This document shows positions 55,250-62,015 of a stretch of DNA of 64,000 nt, piece after piece. How positions within the stretch are numbered: the first letter of the stretch is position 1; the number at the start of each line of letters is the position of its first letter. This DNA comes from Phycisphaeraceae bacterium. Its GTDB lineage: Bacteria; Planctomycetota; Phycisphaerae; Phycisphaerales; UBA1924. The translations under genes and the position numbers were made by a program. The stretch lies in NCBI GenBank assembly GCA_026126305.1, contig JAHCJI010000012.1, forward strand, positions 13,303-77,302. The letters run 5' to 3'. Under the pieces are notes generated by a model that was not told the origin of the DNA, did no database searches, and saw only the letters and a program-made list of their open reading frames with translations.

Positions 55250-57388
55250 ATGCGGACCCTCACACAACGTCATCGGACCGGCACCCTGGGCATCATTTTG
55301 GCCGCGGGCCTGGCGAGCAGCGTCCCCGCCGCCGCCGACATCTTCCAGATCGATTCCACGGCTGGGACGATCAACGGGATGGCCTCGACCACGATCCACG
55401 GCGTGGCCGTCGAATTCCTGCGCTTCGATGGGAACAAGGCCATTTTCCGGGTGTATGGCGACCTGAGGCTGAACGATTGGGACCGTATCATCGGGACCGG
55501 CCAGAACGCCATTGTGCTGCTCGTAGCCAACAACGTTGTGCTGTCCCCCTTCTCCACGATCTCGGTTGCGGGCTTCGGGCGAACACCGGGGGCTGGCGGC
55601 GGTATGGGCGGCCTGGGCGATGAGGGCGATGCGAGTTCGGCGCGTGGCGGCGCTGGTGCCCCTGCGGGTGGCTTGGGCGGGCTTGCCGGCGTCGGTGGTA
55701 TCGGCGGCCTGGTGGGCCTGCCTGGGGCTGGAGGCACGGGCGGCAGCATCGGGAGCATCGGCCTGCCAGGAGATCCCGGTTTGCCACGGTCGTCGCAAGG
55801 CGAGAGCGGCCAGGGTGCCCCGGGCTTTGGCGGGGGTGGTGAGGGTGGCATCACCCGCATCGTCGATGGTTTTGGAGCCGCGGGCGAGGCGGGGGGCACG
55901 GGTCCATCGGGCGTCGGTGGATCCGGCGGCTCTGCGGGCGGTGGTGATGGCGGCAATGGCTCTTCGCGCACCGATTCCAGGATCCACGGCGGACGCGGAG
56001 GCAATGGCGTCAACGGTGGGCATGGGAGCGCCGGCTCGAACTTTGGTACGTCGGATCTCAACCAACTCTCGGGCGGTGGTGGCGGGGGTGGGGGCGCTTC
56101 GGGCAGCACCGGCGGTGGTGGTGGTTCGGGCGGTGGTGGCGGCGGCGGTGGTGGCGGGGGCGGGGGCGGAGGCGCGTTCCTTGCGGGCACGGGCGGTGGC
56201 GGCGGCAACGGCGGCCGGGGCGGACAGGGCGGGGAAGGTGGCCACGGTGGCGTCGGTGGGAACGGCCACCACGGTGGCGGCGGCGGCGGGGCTATCGAGA
56301 TCCGCGCGTACGGCATGGGCATCCTCAACGGACGCATCGACGCCTCGGGCGGTGCCGAGGTGGTCGTGCCCTCTCCATGGAGGCCTGGCCAGCCCGGTGC
56401 GGCCGGCGATCTCGGCGTCGCGGGCAACCCGGGCAGCCCCAGCGGCATTGGTGGGGGTGGCGGGCACGGCGGCAACGGCGCTCACGGTGCCCAGGGTGGG
56501 CGCGGTGGCGATGGTGGCGACGGTGGCCTGGGTGGTCGAGGTGGTGGCGGGGCGGGCGGCACCGTCAAGATCACGGCCCCGGTCTTTGCTGCCAGCACGG
56601 GCGTGCTCGACGCCAGGGGCGGCGCTGGCGCGACCACCGGCGGCCCGGGCCGGATGATCCTCGGTCACAACGCGTTGGGCGCACCCACCGCCGGCGAGGT
56701 GCCCACCCCGGTTCGCCTCTTCTACACAAGTGCACAGAGGGATGTCAACCCGTACCACGGCCAGGTGGTTTCGTACATCCCCCAGCTGGTGGGCGGCTCG
56801 GACCTGTACGGCATGACCACGCTGGTTGCCGCGGACTTTGGCGACGTGCTGGCCGATGCGCCGGCGGGTGCCATCGCCGCTCTGGTGCGGCTGGACACCG
56901 GGCCGGACGTGGGCATCGCGGGCCTGATGGCCCCCTACACCGCCAGCGATTTTGTGGCCGTCGTGAACCTGACGGGCCGCGACTTGGCCGACCCAAGGCT
57001 GGGCCTCGGCGGCGTCTTGGAGCGCCCGCTGCAAGTTCGCGGCACCGAGCGGCTGCCCGACTTTGGCGGCGTGGGAGCGCAGGATGTGGGCGCCCTTCCC
57101 GCCGGTGGGGTGTGGGCCACGCTCATGCCCGAGGAGGACCTGAGCGCCCGCGTTCGGATCGACGGCGTGCGCGTGGTCGAGCCGGCGTTCGAGCGTGGCC
57201 GGGTGGTCTATGTCCTCTCGTGCCGGGCCGATATCGATGGCGATGGGTTGCTGACGATCTTCGACTTCCTGGCCTTCCAGAACCTCTTCGCCGCCGGCGA
57301 CCTGGCGGCCGACTTCGATGGGGATGGGGTGCTCACCATCTTTGACTTCCTGGCGTTCCAGAACCTTTTTGCGGCCGGTTGCCCGTAA
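55250..57388 (+). CDS. secreted glycine-rich (GGxGG repeat) protein with a C-terminal GC-terminated dockerin-like module
   Basis: GGAG motif 7 nt upstream of the ATG. Signal peptide MRTLTQRHRTGTLGIILAAGLASSVPAAA. About 350 aa of GGxGGxG repeats, including a 15-Gly run. The last 55 aa are CRADIDGDGLLTIFDFLAFQNLFAAGDLAADFDGDGVLTIFDFLAFQNLFAAGCP. Confidence 0.85.
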   Translation: MRTLTQRHRTGTLGIILAAGLASSVPAAADIFQIDSTAGTINGMASTTIHGVAVEFLRFDGNKAIFRVYGDLRLNDWDRIIGTGQNAIVLLVANNVVLSPFSTISVAGFGRTPGAGGGMGGLGDEGDASSARGGAGAPAGGLGGLAGVGGIGGLVGLPGAGGTGGSIGSIGLPGDPGLPRSSQGESGQGAPGFGGGGEGGITRIVDGFGAAGEAGGTGPSGVGGSGGSAGGGDGGNGSSRTDSRIHGGRGGNGVNGGHGSAGSNFGTSDLNQLSGGGGGGGGASGSTGGGGGSGGGGGGGGGGGGGGGAFLAGTGGGGGNGGRGGQGGEGGHGGVGGNGHHGGGGGGAIEIRAYGMGILNGRIDASGGAEVVVPSPWRPGQPGAAGDLGVAGNPGSPSGIGGGGGHGGNGAHGAQGGRGGDGGDGGLGGRGGGGAGGTVKITAPVFAASTGVLDARGGAGATTGGPGRMILGHNALGAPTAGEVPTPVRLFYTSAQRDVNPYHGQVVSYIPQLVGGSDLYGMTTLVAADFGDVLADAPAGAIAALVRLDTGPDVGIAGLMAPYTASDFVAVVNLTGRDLADPRLGLGGVLERPLQVRGTERLPDFGGVGAQDVGALPAGGVWATLMPEEDLSARVRIDGVRVVEPAFERGRVVYVLSCRADIDGDGLLTIFDFLAFQNLFAAGDLAADFDGDGVLTIFDFLAFQNLFAAGCP
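56129..56173 (+). repeat. uninterrupted run of 15 glycine codons (GGN)15 inside a longer GGN-rich tract
   Basis: ggc ggt ggt ggc ggc ggc ggt ggt ggc ggg ggc ggg ggc gga ggc, read in the gene frame. Flanking sequence from about 56070 to 56290 is also dominated by GGN codons. Confidence 0.9.
57272..57371 (+). repeat. 100-bp perfect direct repeat, copy 1 (3' end of the glycine-rich gene)
   Basis: Identical base for base to 60035-60134 (hand comparison). It encodes AFQNLFAAGDLAADFDGDGVLTIFDFLAFQNLF. Confidence 0.85.
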
Positions 57389-57425
57389 CGCCCCTTTCCC
57401 CCATCCAAAGATTGCCCAAAGTGAT

Positions 57426-57460
57426 AGCCCCTCTGTGACACAAATTGTGACAGAGGGGCT
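57426..57460 (+). terminator. GC-rich hairpin downstream of the glycine-rich gene (possible terminator)
   Basis: 11-bp perfect stem pairing 57426-57436 (agcccctctgt) with 57450-57460 (acagaggggct). It lies 38 nt after the stop. No clear T-run follows. Confidence 0.45.
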
Positions 57461-57529
57461 GTCGCATTGCATTCGGAGCGACGCATGAAAGGAGGTCGAA
57501 AACACACGTAGGAAGCGAGGTCCAAACTG

Positions 57530-60151
57530 ATGACGTACAGAAGTATCGGAATCGGCGTTTCGGTTGCTTGCCTGTTATCTTGGAGCACCAGCCTGAGTGC
57601 CCAGGGATGTCCCGAGGGTTGGATCTTCCACCCCGAAGATCAGCAAGCACTTGGGGTTCGCTTGGGTACGGGCACAACCGGGCCAACGGTGAACGCCGTG
57701 CTGAGCTGGGACCCCGACGGGCCCGGGCCCCAGCAGGCGATTACGGTCGTAGCTGGCCAGTTCACGCTGGCAGGGTCCATGCCCGTTTCCAATATCGCGG
57801 CGTGGGATGGCCAGCAGTGGCTCGCGTTCGGCGACGGCCTGAACGGCGGGATCACGAGCCTGGCCGACTACAACGGTGAACTCATTGCTGCGGGTAGCTT
57901 CACGTCCTCGGGCGGTACCGCGATCAACCGGATCGCCCGATGGGATGGAACCGCCTGGCAGCCCCTGGCCGCGGGGTTTGACAACCAGGTCTATGCATTG
58001 ACCGTGTTCGATGGCGATCTTGTCGCCGCCGGTCGGCGTTCCGGATCGACCAACAGCCGCATCTCGCGATGGGACGGTTTGGCCTGGACAGACATCGTGC
58101 CCACGCTGGGCAACGACGCCCTCGCGCTCACCGTCTTCGATGGCAAACTCATCGCCGGCGGCAGCTTCACCGCTCCCTCGCGGATCGCCCAGTGGGACGG
58201 CACGGCGTGGCTGCCCATCGGAAGTGGCATGAACAACACCGTCCAGGCGCTGTGCGTGCACGAGGGCTCGCTCGTCGCCGGCGGCAACTTCACCACCGCC
58301 GGCGGCTTGTCCGCCAGCCGTATCGCATCATGGGACGGCACGCAATGGCAAGCCCTCAGCACGGGCACCGGCAACACCGTCCGAGCGCTGTCCTCGCGCG
58401 AGGGCATCCTGTATGCCGGCGGCGACTTCACCAGCATCGGCGGGACCAGTGCGACAAGGGTTGCCGCATGGAACGGCACGGCTTGGTCCCCGCTGCGCAT
58501 GGGGCTCGACGGACAGGTCAACAGCCTTGCGTTCGACAGCCAGGACGACCTCGTCGCTGGCGGCAGCTTTCTCTCCGAACGCAGCTTCCCGATGCTCGGC
58601 GTGGCGCGGTGGGACGGCACACGCTGGAACGCCTTGGCATCGAGTTTCAACCAGTGGCTGGCAAAATTCGTCGAGTGGGACGGCAAGCTCATCGCCGGCG
58701 GACAGTTCGACTCGGCTGGCGGTACTGCCGCACGGGGCATCGCCTCGTGGGACGGCATCTCCTGGAGCCCCATGGGCGACCAGGACATGCGCGGGACCAG
58801 CAACCTGGTGGTCTACGACGGACAATTGCTCGCCAGCGGGCTGTTCGATGATCCGTCCTTTACGACCGAAGATCGCATCGCCATCTGGGATGGATCGCGC
58901 TGGCGGCCCTTCGGCGGCGGCGTGAACGGCTCGATCGTGACGATGCACGTCTACCGGGGCGAGCTCTACGCCGGCGGTGGCTTCACCGAGATCGGCGGCG
59001 TCGCCGCCAACGCCGTCGCCCGCTGGGACGGCACGGCCTGGCACGCCCTGGGCAGCGGCATCACGGGCATGCGCATGACTACCTCGCTGGTCCAGTCCAT
59101 GGAGGTCTACAACGACGAGCTGTACGTCGCCGGCTCATTCACGACCGCTGGCGGTCTGGCCGCGCCCAACATCGCGCGATGGGACGGCACCACCTGGCGA
59201 CAGGCGGGCGGAGGGATCCCCGGCTGGACCAGCTTCCAGGTGGTCAATGACCTGGAAGTCTTCCAAGGCGAGTTGTATGCGACGGGCAACGCGCTGCGTG
59301 AAGGCGTAGAGATCCTCCGCTGGGACGGCTCGACCTGGCGGGCCCTCCCGACGGGCCTGACCGGCGCCGACTTCACCGGCTCGGTTGGCGGACGTGGCAT
59401 GGCGGTCTATAAAGACAAGTTGTATGTCGGCGGCATCTTCACCGCCGCCGGAGGGCTGGACACACGCAAGATCGCCCGATGGACCGGCGATGCATGGGAG
59501 CGCGTGGGCGCAGCCGGGCTGGGCCTGACGCTCACCACCCCGCTCGACATGGTCCGAACGCTGCACGTCTATGGCGGCGAGCTCATCATGGGCGGCCGGT
59601 TCTCGGCCGTCGGCACACAAGCCTCGGGCAACTTCGCCCGCTGGACAGAAACGGGTATCCCATGGGTTGCACGCCAGCCCCAGGCCGTCAGCGTCCGCGT
59701 GGGTGAGGATGTCGCACTCTCGGCCGTGCCAGCGACCGGCTACGCCAACATCGCCTTCCAGTGGCAGCGCGACGGGCAGGACATCGGCAACGGCCCGGGT
59801 GGGGCCTCGCCGTCCGGAGGCGAAGTGAGCGGGGCGGCTGGCATGTTCGAGTCGCCCACCGCCGGTGGCACCGCCCAACTGCTCGTCCGCGACGCGCAGA
59901 TCGGCGACAGCGGGCTCTACGCGATGGTGCTCACCGGGCCCTGCGGCCAGAGCCAGACCGTCCCCGTGCGGGTCATCGTGTGCTGCCGGGCGGATCTGGA
60001 TTGCGACGGCTCGACCGACGTGTTCGACTTCCTTGCCTTCCAGAACCTCTTCGCCGCCGGCGACCTGGCGGCCGACTTCGATGGGGATGGGGTGCTCACC
60101 ATCTTTGACTTCCTGGCGTTCCAGAACCTTTTTGACGCCGGTTGCGGTTGA
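57530..60151 (+). CDS. secreted multi-repeat (beta-propeller-like) protein with an Ig-like domain and a C-terminal GC-terminated dockerin-like module
   Basis: Signal peptide present. About 13-14 repeats of about 48 aa, each with I-A-x-W-D-G-t-x-W...G.N..V.AL....G.L.AGG.F...GG. An Ig-like segment follows (QAVSVRVGEDVALSAV...FQWQRDGQDI...DSGLYAMVLTGPCG). The tail is CRADLDCDG...FQNLFDAGCG. Confidence 0.9.
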   Translation: MTYRSIGIGVSVACLLSWSTSLSAQGCPEGWIFHPEDQQALGVRLGTGTTGPTVNAVLSWDPDGPGPQQAITVVAGQFTLAGSMPVSNIAAWDGQQWLAFGDGLNGGITSLADYNGELIAAGSFTSSGGTAINRIARWDGTAWQPLAAGFDNQVYALTVFDGDLVAAGRRSGSTNSRISRWDGLAWTDIVPTLGNDALALTVFDGKLIAGGSFTAPSRIAQWDGTAWLPIGSGMNNTVQALCVHEGSLVAGGNFTTAGGLSASRIASWDGTQWQALSTGTGNTVRALSSREGILYAGGDFTSIGGTSATRVAAWNGTAWSPLRMGLDGQVNSLAFDSQDDLVAGGSFLSERSFPMLGVARWDGTRWNALASSFNQWLAKFVEWDGKLIAGGQFDSAGGTAARGIASWDGISWSPMGDQDMRGTSNLVVYDGQLLASGLFDDPSFTTEDRIAIWDGSRWRPFGGGVNGSIVTMHVYRGELYAGGGFTEIGGVAANAVARWDGTAWHALGSGITGMRMTTSLVQSMEVYNDELYVAGSFTTAGGLAAPNIARWDGTTWRQAGGGIPGWTSFQVVNDLEVFQGELYATGNALREGVEILRWDGSTWRALPTGLTGADFTGSVGGRGMAVYKDKLYVGGIFTAAGGLDTRKIARWTGDAWERVGAAGLGLTLTTPLDMVRTLHVYGGELIMGGRFSAVGTQASGNFARWTETGIPWVARQPQAVSVRVGEDVALSAVPATGYANIAFQWQRDGQDIGNGPGGASPSGGEVSGAAGMFESPTAGGTAQLLVRDAQIGDSGLYAMVLTGPCGQSQTVPVRVIVCCRADLDCDGSTDVFDFLAFQNLFAAGDLAADFDGDGVLTIFDFLAFQNLFDAGCG
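60035..60134 (+). repeat. 100-bp perfect direct repeat, copy 2 (3' end of the propeller gene)
   Basis: Identical to 57272-57371. Confidence 0.85.
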
Positions 60152-60163
60152 GTGCAGAGCCCT

Positions 60164-60195
60164 CCACTCCCCCACTCCCTCACTCCCCCACTCCA
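60164..60195 (+). repeat. four tandem copies of an 8-nt unit, CACTCC(C/A)N
   Basis: cactcccc cactccct cactcccc cactccaa, starting 13 nt after the TGA of the propeller gene. Confidence 0.8.
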
Positions 60196-60202
60196 ACCAT
60201 CA

Positions 60203-60240
60203 CGCCGCGGGCCGGGGCGGCCCGGCGGCGCTTGTTCTTG
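60203..60240 (+). terminator. GC hairpin plus T-rich tail (possible terminator of the propeller gene)
   Basis: cgccgcgggccg (60203-60214) pairs with cggcccggcggcg (60218-60230) as a 12-bp stem with one bulged base. The sequence cttgttcttg follows. Confidence 0.4.
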
Positions 60241-60480
60241 GGGTGTCCGTGTCCATGGCGCTCACGCCGCGGGTTTTTGCACGCGCCTGGTCTTTGGCGC
60301 TTGGGCCGTCTTGGTCGGGTGGGGCTCGGTGGTTGCGTCGGTGGCATGGACCGGGTGGGGCGCGTTGGCCGCGTCGGGCGTTTTGGTCTTGCTTGGCGCG
60401 TTCTGGGGATCGCAGCCGAAGGCGATGGCCACGGGCTGCGACCATTCGCTGACGCTGGCAGCGCCCAGGGGGCCGCCCGC

Positions 60481-61071
60481 TTACCGCCTGCGCCGGCCGG
60501 TTGCCAGCACGCCCAACCCAAGCACCACCGCGCCGGCGGGCGCGGGGATGATGTGGATGGTGGCGTGCCCTTCGATAAGGCCTTCGAGGAATGAGCGCGA
60601 CTCCCTCGAATCGCGGCTGAAGTAAACGTCGAAACGGCTGGTGCTGGTCGATAAACTAACATCGAACGGCGTGGCCACTTCGGCCGGCGCGGTGAAGGTC
60701 GCGCGCCAGAAGGAAATCGGGTTGCTTCCGTCGGGGCCACAGCCCGCACATGGAAAGTTGAGTTGGCCCGCGATGATGCCGGCAATGCCCGTGCCTCCCA
60801 GCACTCCAGTGCTGCTGCCCGGGCCGTTCATGGGCGGTATGAGCCGCAGCTCACTCCATCCCATGTCGCCTTCGGATGATTCGAGATCGGTGACGATACC
60901 GGCCATAGCAAGCATGCTGCTGGGAAACGCCGCCCACAAAGTCACCGTTGTGCTCTGGCCGGGCAGGAGCACGGGGTCTGCCACGTCGATGATGACCGAA
61001 GACTGGGCGAGGGTGGCGCTGGAAATGGCCAGCGACGCGGCCGCTGCGAACCGGGACGTGCTTGGTTTCAT
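60481..61071 (-). CDS. secreted PEP-CTERM-like (PAP variant) anchored protein of unknown function
   Basis: Signal peptide MKPSTSRFAAAASLAISSATLAQS. The C-terminus is IIPAPAGAVVLGLGVLATGRRRR. Confidence 0.8.
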   Translation of the reverse strand: MKPSTSRFAAAASLAISSATLAQSSVIIDVADPVLLPGQSTTVTLWAAFPSSMLAMAGIVTDLESSEGDMGWSELRLIPPMNGPGSSTGVLGGTGIAGIIAGQLNFPCAGCGPDGSNPISFWRATFTAPAEVATPFDVSLSTSTSRFDVYFSRDSRESRSFLEGLIEGHATIHIIPAPAGAVVLGLGVLATGRRRR

Positions 61072-61184
61072 GGCACCGACCCCCCTGTGGCTTTGCCTGT
61101 GTGCCACTTCGCACGCGGGGGGAGGGCGGTTCCTCTTCATTGGAGCCGGGGCGGGCCTGTGGGACGCGGCTGGTTCGACCGTGC

Positions 61185-61206
61185 GGGGTGGGGGTCGGGG
61201 TGGGGG
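61185..61206 (+). other. canonical G-quadruplex-forming motif in the ruvA upstream region
   Basis: GGGG T GGGGG TC GGGG T GGGGG: four G4+ tracts with 1-2 nt loops. More G-runs extend to 61217. It lies about 85 nt upstream of the ruvA ATG. Confidence 0.5.
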
Positions 61207-61290
61207 TGGTGCTGGGGCGGTGGCGGTGGCGGCGGGGTATCCTCGCGTTGGAAGTCGCTTTGGGATCGTTTTGGGAGTGTGTCTACGGCC

Positions 61291-61935
61291 ATGATCGCCC
61301 ACCTTTGCGGCACCATTCTCGCGCGTTCGCCGGGCCGTGTGACCATCGCCACGGCTGGCGGTGTGGCGTACGAGGTGCTGCTGCCGCCCTCGCTGGAGGG
61401 CGAGCCGGCCTCGGGCGGGCAGCGGATGGGGGCCGTGGGCGACCGGGCCGAGTTGCACACCGTACACGTGCTGGAGAGCCCCAACCAGGGCGCGACGTTC
61501 CTGCCTCGGCTGTTCGGTTTTGCCAGCGCAACCGACCGCGAGGTGTACGAGTTGCTGACGCAGGTGCGCGGGCTTGGCTATCGCAAGGCGCTGCGGTGCC
61601 TGGCCGAGCCGCCCGTCGAGGTGGCGGCGATGATCGCGCGGGGCGACGAGGTGGGGCTGCGACGGCTGCCCGAGATCGGGGCGAAACTGGCCAAGACACT
61701 GGTCGATGAGCTGGGCCAGACCTTCCGCGAGAAGATGGCCATCGAGGAGTTGGACGCGGCCGTGCGGGCCGAAGCGAAGCCCGCCGACCCGCAGGCCGAC
61801 GACGCGGTGCGGGCGCTGATCGCCCTTGGCGAGACGCCCGGCGAGGCCCGGCGGAAGGTATCTGCGGCTGTGTCGCGGCTGGGCGATGGCCGGGCGGCGG
61901 CGGCGGAGTTGGTATCGACGGCGCTGGGGATGTAA
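61291..61935 (+). CDS. ruvA: Holliday junction branch migration protein RuvA
   Basis: MIAHLCGTILARSPGRVTIATAGGVAYEVLLP, LFGFASATDREVYELLTQVRGLGYRKAL, LRRLPEIGAKLAKTLVDEL (HhH) and the C-terminal DAVRALIALGETPGEARR domain. Confidence 0.95.
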   Translation: MIAHLCGTILARSPGRVTIATAGGVAYEVLLPPSLEGEPASGGQRMGAVGDRAELHTVHVLESPNQGATFLPRLFGFASATDREVYELLTQVRGLGYRKALRCLAEPPVEVAAMIARGDEVGLRRLPEIGAKLAKTLVDELGQTFREKMAIEELDAAVRAEAKPADPQADDAVRALIALGETPGEARRKVSAAVSRLGDGRAAAAELVSTALGM

Positions 61936-62015
61936 GAAATCTGGAGCGAGGCTGGTGTGCTGGGGAGCGACTGGGGGGGCACACGCGGCTTGATGGCCCG
62001 GGCCGTTGCCGGGCG

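Noticed and set aside
55270-56475. 401-aa proline-rich ORF on the minus strand.
   Set aside because: It is the mirror image of the GGN glycine codons (NCC gives Pro). It has no signal or domain of its own, whereas the plus-strand gene has a signal peptide, an RBS and a conserved C-terminal module.
55151-57505. Upstream 785 codons of the 988-aa minus-strand ORF that ends as the ECF sigma factor.
   Set aside because: Sigma-factor similarity begins only at the internal Met (55150). The upstream part is antisense to the glycine-rich gene and is Ala/Thr/Arg/Pro low-complexity sequence.
60149-60151. TGA of the propeller gene as a selenocysteine or programmed read-through codon (an in-frame ORF continues for 157 codons).
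   Set aside because: No SECIS-like hairpin lies immediately downstream; the next 45 nt are the unstructured C-rich octamer repeats. A terminator-like hairpin follows at 60203-60240. The module ends GC-X-stop in all four paralogues. The extended ORF would overlap the convergent PEP-CTERM gene by 145 nt. It is kept only as a low-priority check.
60164-60195. Tandem octamers as a possible CRISPR or other defence-type array.
   Set aside because: The units are 8 nt with no spacers and only four copies. No cas genes are present anywhere in the window. This is a simple microsatellite-like repeat.
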